Assembly: GCA_037917685.1 (NCBI GenBank) | Contig: JAVCBU010000012.1 | Span: 371,509 to 435,508, forward strand | Direction: 5' to 3' | DNA length: 64,000 nucleotides | Source of the DNA: Thermoproteota archaeon | GTDB lineage: Archaea; Korarchaeota; Korarchaeia; Korarchaeales; JAOZGB01 | Shown here: piece after piece, positions 1 to 10,307 of the stretch | Layout of the letters: each line of letters starts with the position of its first letter | How positions within the stretch are numbered: the first letter of the stretch is position 1 | Notes under the pieces: model-generated | Told to the model about the DNA's origin: nothing | The model's input: only the letters and a program-made list of their open reading frames with translations | Databases searched by the model: none | Program-made: the position numbers and the translations under genes

Positions 1-2
1 AG

Positions 3-1385
3 GAAAAACCAATTACGGTAAGTGAAATGAAAGTAACAATTAAGGGGCTTCCAGCCAGTCCTGGAATAGCATGGGGGAAGGCTAAAGTGGTGCTCTCCCC
101 CGAAGAAGCTGCTGAAAGATTGAAAGAAAAGGATATACTAGTAACAACAATGACCAATCCAGACTGGGTTCCATATATGAAGAAAGCCTCCGCTATAGTG
201 ACAGACGAGGGAGGAATGACATGCCATGCAGCTATTGTTAGCAGAGAACTTGGAATACCATGTATTGTAGGAACCAAGAATGCAACAGAAGTGCTCCGTG
301 ATGGAGAAGAGTATACGGTGGACGCTAAGTCTGGAGTGGTATACGAAGGCTACGTCGAAGAGCTCGTAAAGCCGAAAGAGGAAGTAGCTGCACCCGTGGC
401 GAGGATATCCGAAAGACCGATAACTGCTACAAAGATTTATGTTAACCTTTCGCTACCTGAAATCGCTGAAAAGGTATTCAATGAAAGCCAGCCAGATGGC
501 GTCGGATTGTTAAGAGCAGAGCACATGATGCTCTCGGTAGGTAAACATCCAAGATTGCTTATAGAAACAGGTGGAGAACAAGAGATGATCGAAAAATTTG
601 CTGAGGGAATAAGGAGAGTAGCCGAAGTATTCTATCCAAGACCTGTAGTATACAGATTCCTTGATTTCAAACCAGATGAGTTCCTAACGTTGCCTGGCGG
701 TGAAAAATATGAAAAGGAAGCTGGACATGTTGGTCCTAATCCTCTGATAGGATACCGAGGGTGCTACAGGTACATAAGGGAACCAGACATATTTAGGCTA
801 GAATGTAGAGCAATAAAGAAGGTTAGAGAAGAGTATGGTTTAAAAAACGTATGGGTAATGATACCATTCGTTAGAACCATAAGAGAGTTTAGAATAGCAA
901 AGAGAATAATGGAGGAAGAAGGACTCATCAGAGATCCGGACTTTAAACTGTGGATCATGGTTGAAGTTCCAAGCACTGTAATCCTTATAGATAAGTTCAT
1001 AGAGGAGGGAATAGACGGAATCTCATTTGGTACCAATGATCTTACAATGTTAATAGCAGCAATAGACAGGAATGATGCGATGGTTCAAGGTGTCACCGAT
1101 GAGAGGGACCTTGCAGTCCTTAGGGCTATGAGCCATGTCATTAGGGTCTGCCGCAAGCATGGTGTTACGACGAGCATATGTGGCCAAGCGCCTTCAAACT
1201 ACCCAGAGGTAGTGGAATTTCTAGTTAGAGAGGGAGCGACCAGCATTTCGGTTAATCCCGACAAGGTCGAAGAGACGAGGAGACTGGTGGCTGAGATAGA
1301 AAGGAGAATCATGCTAGAAGCTGCAAGAGAGATGAAAAGATCTAAGCCTATATGGTCGCCTGAATGGTCGAAGGAACTGGAATAG
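3..1385 (+). CDS. ppsA: Phosphoenolpyruvate synthase, 5' truncated by window edge
   Basis: Phospho-His motif GGMTCHAAIVSRE, DGVGLLRAE, SFGTNDL, SICGQ; frame is open from position 3 (EKPITVSEM...), so the gene starts upstream. Confidence 0.93.
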   Translation, partial: EKPITVSEMKVTIKGLPASPGIAWGKAKVVLSPEEAAERLKEKDILVTTMTNPDWVPYMKKASAIVTDEGGMTCHAAIVSRELGIPCIVGTKNATEVLRDGEEYTVDAKSGVVYEGYVEELVKPKEEVAAPVARISERPITATKIYVNLSLPEIAEKVFNESQPDGVGLLRAEHMMLSVGKHPRLLIETGGEQEMIEKFAEGIRRVAEVFYPRPVVYRFLDFKPDEFLTLPGGEKYEKEAGHVGPNPLIGYRGCYRYIREPDIFRLECRAIKKVREEYGLKNVWVMIPFVRTIREFRIAKRIMEEEGLIRDPDFKLWIMVEVPSTVILIDKFIEEGIDGISFGTNDLTMLIAAIDRNDAMVQGVTDERDLAVLRAMSHVIRVCRKHGVTTSICGQAPSNYPEVVEFLVREGATSISVNPDKVEETRRLVAEIERRIMLEAAREMKRSKPIWSPEWSKELE

Positions 1386-1840
1386 GGCTTCTTCTTCCAA
1401 AGCACAAAAAATTGATAGAGTACATAGCAAAAAAGTACTGGTGGACAAACAAAATAGCTGAACTTGGAGTGGGGTTTTACCCTTTACCCTCTTGTTTGTT
1501 AGAGAAACTTACGAAGAAACAGATAATGGTAGTAGACAATAACAGGGAAGCCTTGGAGTACGCATTAAAGCACTGTCCGAATTTAGTGGCTGTCTACGAT
1601 GACATTGTGAGGCCAAACCTGCAGATTTATCGGGGGGTGGAACTCCTATACTCTATAAGACCGAACGAAGAACTTGTTCCTTATATGGAAGATTTAGCCT
1701 CTAAGATAAATACAGACTTAATAATTTCTCCCATGGAATATATCGACATGCCTGAGGAATGGAAAATGGTTAGATCGGAAGGATATGTATTTTACGTGAA
1801 GTCATTCTCTAACAATCCAAGTTCCAGTTTTCCCTTCTAA
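1364..1840 (+). CDS. UPF0146 family protein (start uncertain)
   Basis: ELGVG, DD..RP..Y and LLYSIRP motifs typical of archaeal UPF0146. Confidence 0.7.
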   Translation: MVEGTGIGLLLPKHKKLIEYIAKKYWWTNKIAELGVGFYPLPSCLLEKLTKKQIMVVDNNREALEYALKHCPNLVAVYDDIVRPNLQIYRGVELLYSIRPNEELVPYMEDLASKINTDLIISPMEYIDMPEEWKMVRSEGYVFYVKSFSNNPSSSFPF

Positions 1841-2776
1841 TGCCTCCATAGCCCTATCAAGTGATGTTATAATTGCATATTTTCCCTTCGTTTTCTCGAG
1901 AAATCTTATACATGCCTTTACTTTAGGGCCCATGCTTCCTGGTAAAAAGTGTCCTTCTTCTAAGTATTTCTTTGCTTCATTTACCGTCATCCTATCGATA
2001 TCCTTTTCATCGGGTTTACCATAATTAAGCTTAACCTTTTCCACGTCTGTCAGTATAAGGAATATGTCAGCATCGATTACCTCCGCCATTCTTTCTCCCG
2101 CTAAATCCTTGTCAATAACTGCTTCTACACCTTTCAAAAATCCGTTCTCTTCAATTACGGGTATTCCGCCTCCTCCCGAGGCGATTACAATTACCCCGTT
2201 GTCTACAAGTATTTTAATAGGTTTCTGTTCAATAGTTTTAATCGGGTCAGGAGAGGGGACAACCCTTCTATACGGCTTGTTACCTGTAGGTTTAACTTTT
2301 CTGATGGTGTATCCTTTCTCCTTGACGAGACGCATAGCCGTCTCGTAATTGTAAAAAGGCCCCACAGGTTTATGTGGATCTTTAAAGTCTGGGTCGTCCT
2401 TGTTTACTAGAACCTGTGTGACAACTGTGGCGACAGGTATGTCTAAGCCTTCTTTCCTGAGTATGTTTAGGAGGGTTTGTTGAAGCATGTATCCTATTTG
2501 ACCCTGGGTCATAGCCCCACATACATCCATCGGCTGAGGTGGCACAATATTCTTTGCTTCTTCTTGTTGTATCAGTAGCGCACCGACTTGAGGCCCGTTC
2601 CCATGTGTTATAGCCACCTTATAACCTTTCTTAACTATCCTAACGATGCTCTTGCATGTTTTTCTTATATTTTTCATCTGCTCCTCGTATGTACCTTTCT
2701 CATCTGCCTGTTTGATAGCATTTCCACCTAGGGCTATTAAAACTTTTTCTCCTGGCATATCGAACACCTTGGCCAT
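1802..2776 (-). CDS. arcC: Carbamate kinase
   Basis: IALGGNA, THGNGPQVG, RRVVPSP, EAVIDKD, GSMGPKV. Confidence 0.95.
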   Translation of the reverse strand: MAKVFDMPGEKVLIALGGNAIKQADEKGTYEEQMKNIRKTCKSIVRIVKKGYKVAITHGNGPQVGALLIQQEEAKNIVPPQPMDVCGAMTQGQIGYMLQQTLLNILRKEGLDIPVATVVTQVLVNKDDPDFKDPHKPVGPFYNYETAMRLVKEKGYTIRKVKPTGNKPYRRVVPSPDPIKTIEQKPIKILVDNGVIVIASGGGGIPVIEENGFLKGVEAVIDKDLAGERMAEVIDADIFLILTDVEKVKLNYGKPDEKDIDRMTVNEAKKYLEEGHFLPGSMGPKVKACIRFLEKTKGKYAIITSLDRAMEALEGKTGTWIVRE

Positions 2777-2861
2777 CTCTCATCCGTTAAAAAATTTAAT
2801 CATTGTCCTCCGCTAAACAACTAGATTTATATGGAACATGGATTAACATTCATGAACCAAG

Positions 2862-3752
2862 TTGAAAATAGGGATTTTAGTTTCTAGCAAGAGAAGAAGG
2901 ATATGGCCTGCTAAAGAGCTTAAAAAAACAGCATTGAATATGGGGTACAAGGCTGTAATTTTAGATCCAGCTGAACTGACTATAACTATTAAGGGAAGTC
3001 TAATTGATGTAACCCATAATAGAACAAGAAAAAGCTTAATAGGGGGGGATTCCGTTTTCTTGTTAAGAAGACCTGACTATGCTAATCCTGAACTCTTATT
3101 TTATAGAATCGACGTTATAAGAGCACTAGAGCTTTCCGGAAAGACTGTAATAAACAAGATCGAAGCCTTTCTAAAGGCTGTAGATAAGATAAGAACATCT
3201 TTACTTCTAGCTAAGTATGGAATTCCAACACCTAACACAGTCGTATCTGAAGAGGAGCCCCCTGCTATGAGAGCACATATAGAATTTGGGCGGTCTGTTG
3301 TTAAGCCTATTTTCGGCTCTCAGGGTAAGGGATCAGTACTCATAGAAAATATAGATAGCGCATGGCGTGTATTTAGGCTGCATAGGTATTACAGAGTTCC
3401 AATATATGTACAGTCGTTTGTTGAGCATAGAAACAGGGATATAAGGGTGTTTGTCCTAGGTGAAAGAATATTGTCAGCGATGTATAGGGTTTCAGACAGT
3501 TGGAAAACAAATATTTCTCAGGGGGCGAAGCCTATGCCTATAAAGCTGACCAGCGAACTTGAGGAGATAGCTTTGAAGTCGGCTAGGATAATTGGAGCTG
3601 AAATAGCCGGAGTAGACATCGTAGAGAGTAAGGAGGGGCCTCTGGTTTTGGAGGTTAACGCGTGTCCAGAGTGGAGAGGGCTACAAAAAGTAACTAAAGT
3701 AAATATTAGTGAGGAAATCATAAGATATGTTATCTCACAAGCTAAAAGATAG
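2862..3752 (+). CDS. RimK-family ATP-grasp ligase (RimK/LysX/MptN/CofF group)
   Basis: KPIFGSQGKG, DIRVFV, WKTNISQG, GVDI, LEVN. Confidence 0.88.
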   Translation: MKIGILVSSKRRRIWPAKELKKTALNMGYKAVILDPAELTITIKGSLIDVTHNRTRKSLIGGDSVFLLRRPDYANPELLFYRIDVIRALELSGKTVINKIEAFLKAVDKIRTSLLLAKYGIPTPNTVVSEEEPPAMRAHIEFGRSVVKPIFGSQGKGSVLIENIDSAWRVFRLHRYYRVPIYVQSFVEHRNRDIRVFVLGERILSAMYRVSDSWKTNISQGAKPMPIKLTSELEEIALKSARIIGAEIAGVDIVESKEGPLVLEVNACPEWRGLQKVTKVNISEEIIRYVISQAKR

Positions 3753-4430
3753 AAGAGAAATCTTTCTTTTAAGTATAAAGGTTAAAAAGCGGAAAGCATC
3801 TTTTACTGGGTTTATTTTCGAATCTTTTCTGTCATATATCGTCATGATTTCGACTTCCCTTATCCTCAGATTGTGTTTTTTAGCTTCTATAAGCAATTCG
3901 CTTTCGATATTAAACCTATTTTCCTCGAGTTTGAGTTTTGAGAATGCCTTAGGATTAATGGATCTATATCCACATTGGCTGTCTCTCACCTTCACATTAA
4001 ACAGTAAGTCAAGTAAAAATGAGGTTAATTTATTACTTATAACCCTAAATATCGGCATACCCGCCTTTGTGGAGATATTCCTGTACCCGCAGACGAGGTC
4101 AGCTTCCCTATTTATAATTGGATTTAACAGTTTTGGAATATCTTCAGGGCTATGCTGCCCATCAGCATCCATAAGAATAACTGCTTCAGCATCAAATAGT
4201 TTGAGTATCTTTTCGAATCCTTTCCTTATAGCTGCACCTTTACCCATATTTTGACGATTAATAAATAGAAAAGCACCCCCTTCCAGTGCTTTTAAACCTG
4301 TTATATCCTTAGAGCCGTCATCTACAACCATAACATAAGTAACATATTTCAAAGCCCCTTCAACTACAGTATATACAGTGTTCTCCTCATTATATGCGGG
4401 TACCAGGGCAACTGTCTCCATGCCAATCAA
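3735..4430 (-). CDS. GT2 glycosyltransferase (Dol-P-mannose synthase-like)
   Basis: PAYNEE, VVDDGSKD, MDADGQH, DSQCGYR. Confidence 0.9.
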   Translation of the reverse strand: MIGMETVALVPAYNEENTVYTVVEGALKYVTYVMVVDDGSKDITGLKALEGGAFLFINRQNMGKGAAIRKGFEKILKLFDAEAVILMDADGQHSPEDIPKLLNPIINREADLVCGYRNISTKAGMPIFRVISNKLTSFLLDLLFNVKVRDSQCGYRSINPKAFSKLKLEENRFNIESELLIEAKKHNLRIREVEIMTIYDRKDSKINPVKDAFRFLTFILKRKISLLSFSL

Positions 4431-4499
4431 CTCCTCTACTAATAAGATCCAGAACTATAATGTTAAAAGCTTGCGTCCGCCAAGAAATATGGAAAGCAT

Positions 4500-5756
4500 A
4501 TGCATGAGTACAGAATCAAAGACATAAGAATGGCTGAGGAGGGTGAAAGACTTATCTATTGGGCTGAAAGACACATGCCTGTTCTAGAAATGATAAAAGA
4601 AAAGTTCAAAGAAGAGAAGCCTCTCAACGGATTAAAAATAGCTGCTTGTTTGCATGTAACTAAAGAGACAGCTGTATTAATAAAGACACTCTTAGAAGGA
4701 GGTGCAACGGTATCCTTATCTGCGGCAAACCCACTTTCCACCCAAGATCCGGTGGCAGCTGCTCTAGCTTCTATAGGAGTTTATGTGTACGCATGGAAAG
4801 GAGAGTCCACTGAAGAGTATTATGAAAACATCGATAGAGCTCTCAGCATTGAGCCTGATGTAGTTCTAGACGATGGGGGCGATCTTAACGTTAGAGTTCA
4901 TAGTACTATGCCAGAATTGGCTGCTAAGATCATTGGGGGATGCGAGGAGACGACAACAGGAGTAATAAGAGCATTAGCTCTACAGAAAGACGGACTTTTA
5001 AAGTATCCTTTAATAGCTGTCAATGAGGCGACTACGAAATCTAGATTCGACAATGTCTATGGTACAGGACAAAGTACGATTGACGGTATTATTAGAGCAA
5101 CGAATGTATTATTTGCAGGGAAAACAGTTGTGGTTGCAGGATATGGAAGATGTGGATATGGAATTGCATGGAAAGCTAGAGGTCTCGGTGCAAACGTTGT
5201 TGTAACGGAAGTTGATCCTGTTAAAGCTCTAATGGCGGCCATGGATGGATTTAGAGTCCTACCTATGAAAGAAGCGTGTAAGATAGGTGACATATTCATA
5301 ACCGCAACTGGTAATAGAGATGTGATCAGAGGAGAGCATATTGCAATGATGAAAGAGGGAGCAATCCTCGCTAACGCCGGACATTTTAATGTAGAAATAT
5401 CGGTTGATGATCTTAACAAGTTAGCAGTTGAGAAACGACGCATAAGACCTTATGTTGATGAGTATTTGCTTGAAAACGGGAGAAAGGTTTATTTGCTTAC
5501 TGAGGGAAGAGTTGTAAATCTAGTGGCTGCCGAAGGGCATCCAAGCGAGGTCATGGATATGAGTTTTTCAAACCAAGCCCTATGTGTAGAGTACCTAGTG
5601 AAGAATCGTGGTACGTTAAGTGTAGGAGTTCATAAAGTTCCGGTTGAGGTTGATATGATGGTTGCGAAGTTGAAACTTCAAGCTATGAACATTGTTATCG
5701 ATAAACTTTCTGAAGAGCAGAGAGAATACCTTAAAAGCTGGGGCGTCGGAACATAA
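4500..5756 (+). CDS. ahcY: S-adenosylhomocysteine hydrolase
   Basis: CLHVTKET, NPLSTQD, EETTTG, FDNVYGTGQS, GHPSEVMDMSF. Confidence 0.96.
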   Translation: MHEYRIKDIRMAEEGERLIYWAERHMPVLEMIKEKFKEEKPLNGLKIAACLHVTKETAVLIKTLLEGGATVSLSAANPLSTQDPVAAALASIGVYVYAWKGESTEEYYENIDRALSIEPDVVLDDGGDLNVRVHSTMPELAAKIIGGCEETTTGVIRALALQKDGLLKYPLIAVNEATTKSRFDNVYGTGQSTIDGIIRATNVLFAGKTVVVAGYGRCGYGIAWKARGLGANVVVTEVDPVKALMAAMDGFRVLPMKEACKIGDIFITATGNRDVIRGEHIAMMKEGAILANAGHFNVEISVDDLNKLAVEKRRIRPYVDEYLLENGRKVYLLTEGRVVNLVAAEGHPSEVMDMSFSNQALCVEYLVKNRGTLSVGVHKVPVEVDMMVAKLKLQAMNIVIDKLSEEQREYLKSWGVGT

Positions 5757-5771
5757 GTTTTACTTAAAGCA

Positions 5772-6554
5772 TTAATTAAGAAAATTTTCAATTGATTTTT
5801 CAATTAATTTCCTACCATTTTCTGATCTGAATATTGGGGGCTCCCAATCTACTGTCAGTTTTCTCCGATAAGTTACAGCTTCCCTTTTCTCAAGAGGGTT
5901 GTAACCATGTTTTTCCTCGATGAGATATCTTATCAATATTCCCCTTCTCTGCCAAGTGGGTGTATTTGAAAGATTAATACCTGAAGTCTTGTATACCAAT
6001 TCATGTAGCTGGTCTGTTTTTAAGCCTTTAAGCATTCTTGAAGCTTCTTTAGGAGTATAACCTTTATCTATTAAAGTATAGTAGGCGTAGGAGTTGTTAT
6101 GATTCCTCCAGGCTTCAGCCTGCCTAAATGTGAGATACGCTGGCAAAAGTTCCCTATTTAGGATTATCATTCTCGCATCAAATGATACGATCTTCTTTAC
6201 CTCAAGTTTCTCCCTAAGTCCAAGAGAAAAGGTTGAGGATAGCACACCTGAAACTACAGAGATTATTTTTTCCACACGGCCGTTGAAAGGTAGCCTTAGA
6301 AGTAAAATGTTCACCTCATCCGAAAATATATATGCTAGGCATGGATTAAAGCCGCTTCTAAAAACTTCGACGGTAGCATTAACCATTAACTCTGCAAATC
6401 TTACATCATATGGTTTTCGAAAGCCACATTCACCTGTTAATCTGTGAAAATTGCGACCATCGCATCTTACTACATAAAATCCGTACCTAGGGAGTCTCAA
6501 ACCACTAAAGATTTCATGCTCCTTCCACGGATAACCGACTGGTTCTGGTTCCAT
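5772..6554 (-). CDS. tRNA(His) guanylyltransferase / Thg1-like protein
   Basis: VRCDGRNFH, FSDEVN, FDAR, RQAEAWRNH. Confidence 0.9.
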   Translation of the reverse strand: MEPEPVGYPWKEHEIFSGLRLPRYGFYVVRCDGRNFHRLTGECGFRKPYDVRFAELMVNATVEVFRSGFNPCLAYIFSDEVNILLLRLPFNGRVEKIISVVSGVLSSTFSLGLREKLEVKKIVSFDARMIILNRELLPAYLTFRQAEAWRNHNNSYAYYTLIDKGYTPKEASRMLKGLKTDQLHELVYKTSGINLSNTPTWQRRGILIRYLIEEKHGYNPLEKREAVTYRRKLTVDWEPPIFRSENGRKLIEKSIENFLN

Positions 6555-6555
6555 T

Positions 6556-7521
6556 TTAAATATAGTTGTTGATTGACTCTAATATATATCTTAGCGGGTT
6601 TTCCAAAATCCCTTTTAGATGCTGTGGGTCAAACTTGTGCTTTGCGGGTTCTCTAAGTATCTCTTTTATTTTGTCCATTTCTAGCCATATTGGAAATCCT
6701 TTAGAGATCAGATAATTTATTGACTTCTCCTCTAACCCTATATATATTGTGGGGGTTCCGCTTAAAGCTGAAGATCTCGCTATCAGAGGATCAGCTGTTA
6801 TAGTCAAATCTGAGTAGGCTAATACTGAATATACATCGTATGTGTATTTCTTTTGAATCCTAACTCTTCTCCAGGCTATTAAACCTTGCTTACTTGTCGA
6901 ATCTATAAATATCTTCTCATATAGGCTGAAGTCTCCCATTATTTTCTTTAGTTTCGGGAATAACGTGGATGGCGAGATTGTTATGGTAATATTTTCTGGA
7001 TTTATCCCTAGCTGAGTTATTATTGTTGGACGCAGTTTCCTTTCCAAAATTAGCTCGGGTATGCCGTCATAGGCAATAATTTTTTCTTCAGCGATATTGA
7101 ATTTTTCAATTATAGTTTTAAGATAGGATTTAGGTGATATTATCCTGTCGGAAAGGGGAAGTATCATCTTTAACCTTTTTTCAGGGTATCCTGGAATGAA
7201 TATTGTTATTATTGGTATCGCTAAGCCGAAAGCTGTTCTAACGGATGAAGGCGAGCTAAAGGCAATGTGTACCTTAGGTTTCTCTCGGCTAATTAGTGGT
7301 AGTAACTTTTGAACTATTTTTGCGTGTGCTTCTATACTCTTCCACGGGGGTTCATCTACTTCTGGGGGGACTCTGTAAGTCTTCCATCTGTTTAAAGCCC
7401 ATATAACCGATTTTTTATTGTCTGCAGTTATAATTATACTCTCGCCTAGCTCTTTCTGCATGTAAAGTGTCATTAAGGCTTGGTGTATGTCAGAAACGTG
7501 TATCCATACTGGTCCTTTCAA
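6556..7521 (-). CDS. DUF354-like protein (GT-B fold)
   Basis: N-terminal VWI..SD..Q, SPSSVRTAFGLAIP, YDGIPE, SALSGTPTI resemble DUF354. Confidence 0.6.
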   Translation of the reverse strand: MKGPVWIHVSDIHQALMTLYMQKELGESIIITADNKKSVIWALNRWKTYRVPPEVDEPPWKSIEAHAKIVQKLLPLISREKPKVHIAFSSPSSVRTAFGLAIPIITIFIPGYPEKRLKMILPLSDRIISPKSYLKTIIEKFNIAEEKIIAYDGIPELILERKLRPTIITQLGINPENITITISPSTLFPKLKKIMGDFSLYEKIFIDSTSKQGLIAWRRVRIQKKYTYDVYSVLAYSDLTITADPLIARSSALSGTPTIYIGLEEKSINYLISKGFPIWLEMDKIKEILREPAKHKFDPQHLKGILENPLRYILESINNYI

Positions 7522-7523
7522 GT

Positions 7524-8249
7524 TTACCCCACATATTCAGGTGGAGTCCTTGAAGATCTCACCATTGACACAATATCTAGCTCACGGATGTTTCTGTCCA
7601 GTGATGAAAAGTCTACACCTAGATTAAGCCACTTGTCAAGTAGATAGAGGATTTTTCTCGTTGCTCTAAGGTCATATACTTCGTTCTCTGTAACTGCTGT
7701 AAGTGATACATGGCTTATTCCTCTCAACCTAGCTACCGCGAGTATTACTCCTGCAGCCCCGATTATTGATTCTACTATCCTCTCGTCTGTTGCACCAAGT
7801 TTTAACAAGTGTTCAACATACTTTGTTTCACCTGTCACTAAAACTTTGCCGGCAATATCGGGCTTGTAAAATCCGCTTAGACTAACTATTAACCTACAGT
7901 TGTATCTTTCGAGAACCTCTACTAATTTATCTAATACTGTAAATTGCGCCCAGGGTGCAGGTTGAACACTGCTTGTAACTATTATGAGATTATTCTTTTG
8001 TCTTTGAATAAGATACGCCTGTATAGAGGGTAGCTCTAAGAGGCCGTTTCCTCTCACTATCACTCCGAGGGATGATCCTGGCAGATATAGGTGTTCAGAG
8101 TATAAATCAAAGATTTTAACCGGTTTAAATACATCAATAAGGTATGTGGCTACGTTTCTTCCTACAGAACCTATGCCAGGGAATCCTAAGACTGCTGTTG
8201 ATTTGTCTACATCTATTTTTTCATACTGCTTTATATGTATCCAGCCCAA
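7524..8249 (-). CDS. PAC2-family proteasome assembly chaperone
   Basis: GFPGIGSVG, IIGAAG, C-terminal ..EYVG. Confidence 0.85.
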   Translation of the reverse strand: MGWIHIKQYEKIDVDKSTAVLGFPGIGSVGRNVATYLIDVFKPVKIFDLYSEHLYLPGSSLGVIVRGNGLLELPSIQAYLIQRQKNNLIIVTSSVQPAPWAQFTVLDKLVEVLERYNCRLIVSLSGFYKPDIAGKVLVTGETKYVEHLLKLGATDERIVESIIGAAGVILAVARLRGISHVSLTAVTENEVYDLRATRKILYLLDKWLNLGVDFSSLDRNIRELDIVSMVRSSRTPPEYVG

Positions 8250-8281
8250 AGTATCCCCCTAGTAATTGCCTATTGTTAGTA

Positions 8282-9523
8282 TTAAAGTGGAGCTATTTCG
8301 ACGAATTTTTTAATTCTTCCTATACCTTCCCGTATCTTATTTGTTTCTAACACTAAAGGAGCGAAGGATAACCTTGTCCATCCCTCAAGCCCGAAATCTA
8401 ATCCTGGCGCCAATGCGATCTGCATTCCTTCAAGGAGCCTTCTACAGAATACCCTGGAATCTCGTATAAATTTTTCATGGTTAAAGAATATATAGAAACC
8501 ACCCATAGGTTTAATAGGGGTGAATATGGGGATTTCCTTTCTAAGAAGTTTATACGTCTCTTCTGCAACGTTCCTGTATAGCTCTCTACCCTTTTCATAG
8601 AAACTGCGAATCTCGTTAAGGGATTGTTCATCTAGTAAAAGGGTGGCTAAGACTTCTTGCTGAAGGCTGGCGGGTGTAAGATTCCGGGCTTGTTCTACGG
8701 TTTCTACAGCTCTTACTAACTCTTCGTCGGCTATCATATATCCTACTCTCCATCCTGGGATCCTAAGTTCTTTAGAGAACGTGCAGATATGTACTTCGTT
8801 TTCAGACGGTGGAGAGTGCAGGTATTCAGGGTCTAACTCGTATGTAAACATTCTGTATGCTTGATCTAGAATCACAAGGATCGATTTCTCAGATGCTAAT
8901 TCAACTATCGCGTTATACATTCGTTGATCAAATATCTGGCCGTCGGGATTGCCTGGTGAGGTTAAAATTAGGGCTTTAGTTTTAGCACTTATAAGGTTGT
9001 ATAGTCGTTCAAGCTGGGGGTTAAATTCATTGTCCTCTATTATACTCCAATATTTCACCTTAACTTTAAGATTTGTTTCTATTTCAATTTGCCTTTTATA
9101 ATTCAGATAGCCGGGGGAAGTTATCACTATTTCGTCTCCCTCATCTAGAATAGATTTGAGTAAAGCTGACGTGAGGTCTGTGCTGCCTAACCCTACGATT
9201 ATCTGCTCTTTAGATATTTTTCTACCTAAAATCTTGTCTTCATAGTTGACAATCGCATCTATAAATTCGGGGATCCCTCTAGTAGCCCCATACCTTACCG
9301 AAATAGTGAACTTCTCTTCGTCATCGAGCACCTTAAGCATGGCGTCTTTTAATATCCCAGGGGGGTTGTCTTGAGGCCAACCTCCGCCTAGGTATATTAG
9401 TTCTCTAGGATATTTTTCAGGATGCAATTTGTAGTCTGTGACAACTGTCATTATTTCTCTTATAGAACTTGGGTTATCTACTGCGAATTTAGCAACAGAT
9501 GATAATTGAACCATCCGAATCAT
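8282..9523 (-). CDS. PLP-dependent class I/II aminotransferase
   Basis: SPGNPDG, DQAY, TFSKELRIPGWRVG. Confidence 0.9.
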   Translation of the reverse strand: MIRMVQLSSVAKFAVDNPSSIREIMTVVTDYKLHPEKYPRELIYLGGGWPQDNPPGILKDAMLKVLDDEEKFTISVRYGATRGIPEFIDAIVNYEDKILGRKISKEQIIVGLGSTDLTSALLKSILDEGDEIVITSPGYLNYKRQIEIETNLKVKVKYWSIIEDNEFNPQLERLYNLISAKTKALILTSPGNPDGQIFDQRMYNAIVELASEKSILVILDQAYRMFTYELDPEYLHSPPSENEVHICTFSKELRIPGWRVGYMIADEELVRAVETVEQARNLTPASLQQEVLATLLLDEQSLNEIRSFYEKGRELYRNVAEETYKLLRKEIPIFTPIKPMGGFYIFFNHEKFIRDSRVFCRRLLEGMQIALAPGLDFGLEGWTRLSFAPLVLETNKIREGIGRIKKFVEIAPL

Positions 9524-9574
9524 AGAGGATTAAGAAGGGTAAATGTAAAATATTTTTCCGTAGATGTACTCTTT

Positions 9575-10300
9575 GTGAAGCTAAAAAGTATAGTTTCGAA
9601 GGTAGCCGTGACGGGCGAAAATGTCCAACTGGGGGTTGCTTCGATTATTTTAGGGAGAAGTAAAATTGGAGGCGGATGTTACATCGGGTCCTTTAGCATT
9701 ATAGGATACCCTCTGCGGAAAACTCTTATAGAATCATTTGAAAAAGGTATTGATATCTTTGAAAGATACGTGAACGGCGAAGGTCTAGGCTCAGTCTTAG
9801 GTGAGAGTTGTATTATTCGAAGCCACTCTATAATCTATGAAACCGTTGTTATCGGAGATTACGTTGAGACAGGTCATTCGATTATGATAAGGGAAGGGGT
9901 TAAAGTGGGATCTAACTCCAAAATAGGTTCACATACCATTATTGACGGCAATAGCTCTATAGGTAGAAACGTAAACATCCAATCCGGAAACTATATCCCT
10001 CCGGGATCTAATATAGAGGATGATGTTTTTATGGGACCCTGTGTCACTGTAACTAACGATAAGTATCCCGTTAGTAAAAGATTAGCAGGTGTATCAATAG
10101 GTAGGGGTGCAGTCATAGGGGCAGGCTCTGTGTTAATAGCTGGAGTCACAATAGGTAGGGGTGCAGTCATAGGGGCAGGCTCTGTAGTTACAAGGGATGT
10201 CGATGATGAAACCGTTGTTTATGGTTGTCCAGCTAGGTTTAGGTGTACACGGGAGGAGTATGACCTAAAAAGATCGTTGTACGAATCCGGAGAATCCTAA
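9575..10300 (+). CDS. Hexapeptide-repeat acyltransferase (sugar N-acetyltransferase-like)
   Basis: Left-handed beta-helix repeats, FMGP..TVTNDKYP, VYGCPAR; GTG at 9575 chosen to avoid overlap with the divergent gene. Confidence 0.85.
   Translation: MKLKSIVSKVAVTGENVQLGVASIILGRSKIGGGCYIGSFSIIGYPLRKTLIESFEKGIDIFERYVNGEGLGSVLGESCIIRSHSIIYETVVIGDYVETGHSIMIREGVKVGSNSKIGSHTIIDGNSSIGRNVNIQSGNYIPPGSNIEDDVFMGPCVTVTNDKYPVSKRLAGVSIGRGAVIGAGSVLIAGVTIGRGAVIGAGSVVTRDVDDETVVYGCPARFRCTREEYDLKRSLYESGES
10095..10185 (+). repeat. Exact 37-bp direct repeat, period 54 nt, inside the acyltransferase gene
   Basis: caataggtaggggtgcagtcataggggcaggctctgt at 10095-10131 and 10149-10185. Confidence 0.95.
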
Positions 10301-10307
10301 TGAAGGC

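Noticed and set aside
27-1385. Apparent split PEP synthase lacking its N-terminal domain
   Set aside because: The frame is open to the window edge; this is truncation by the window
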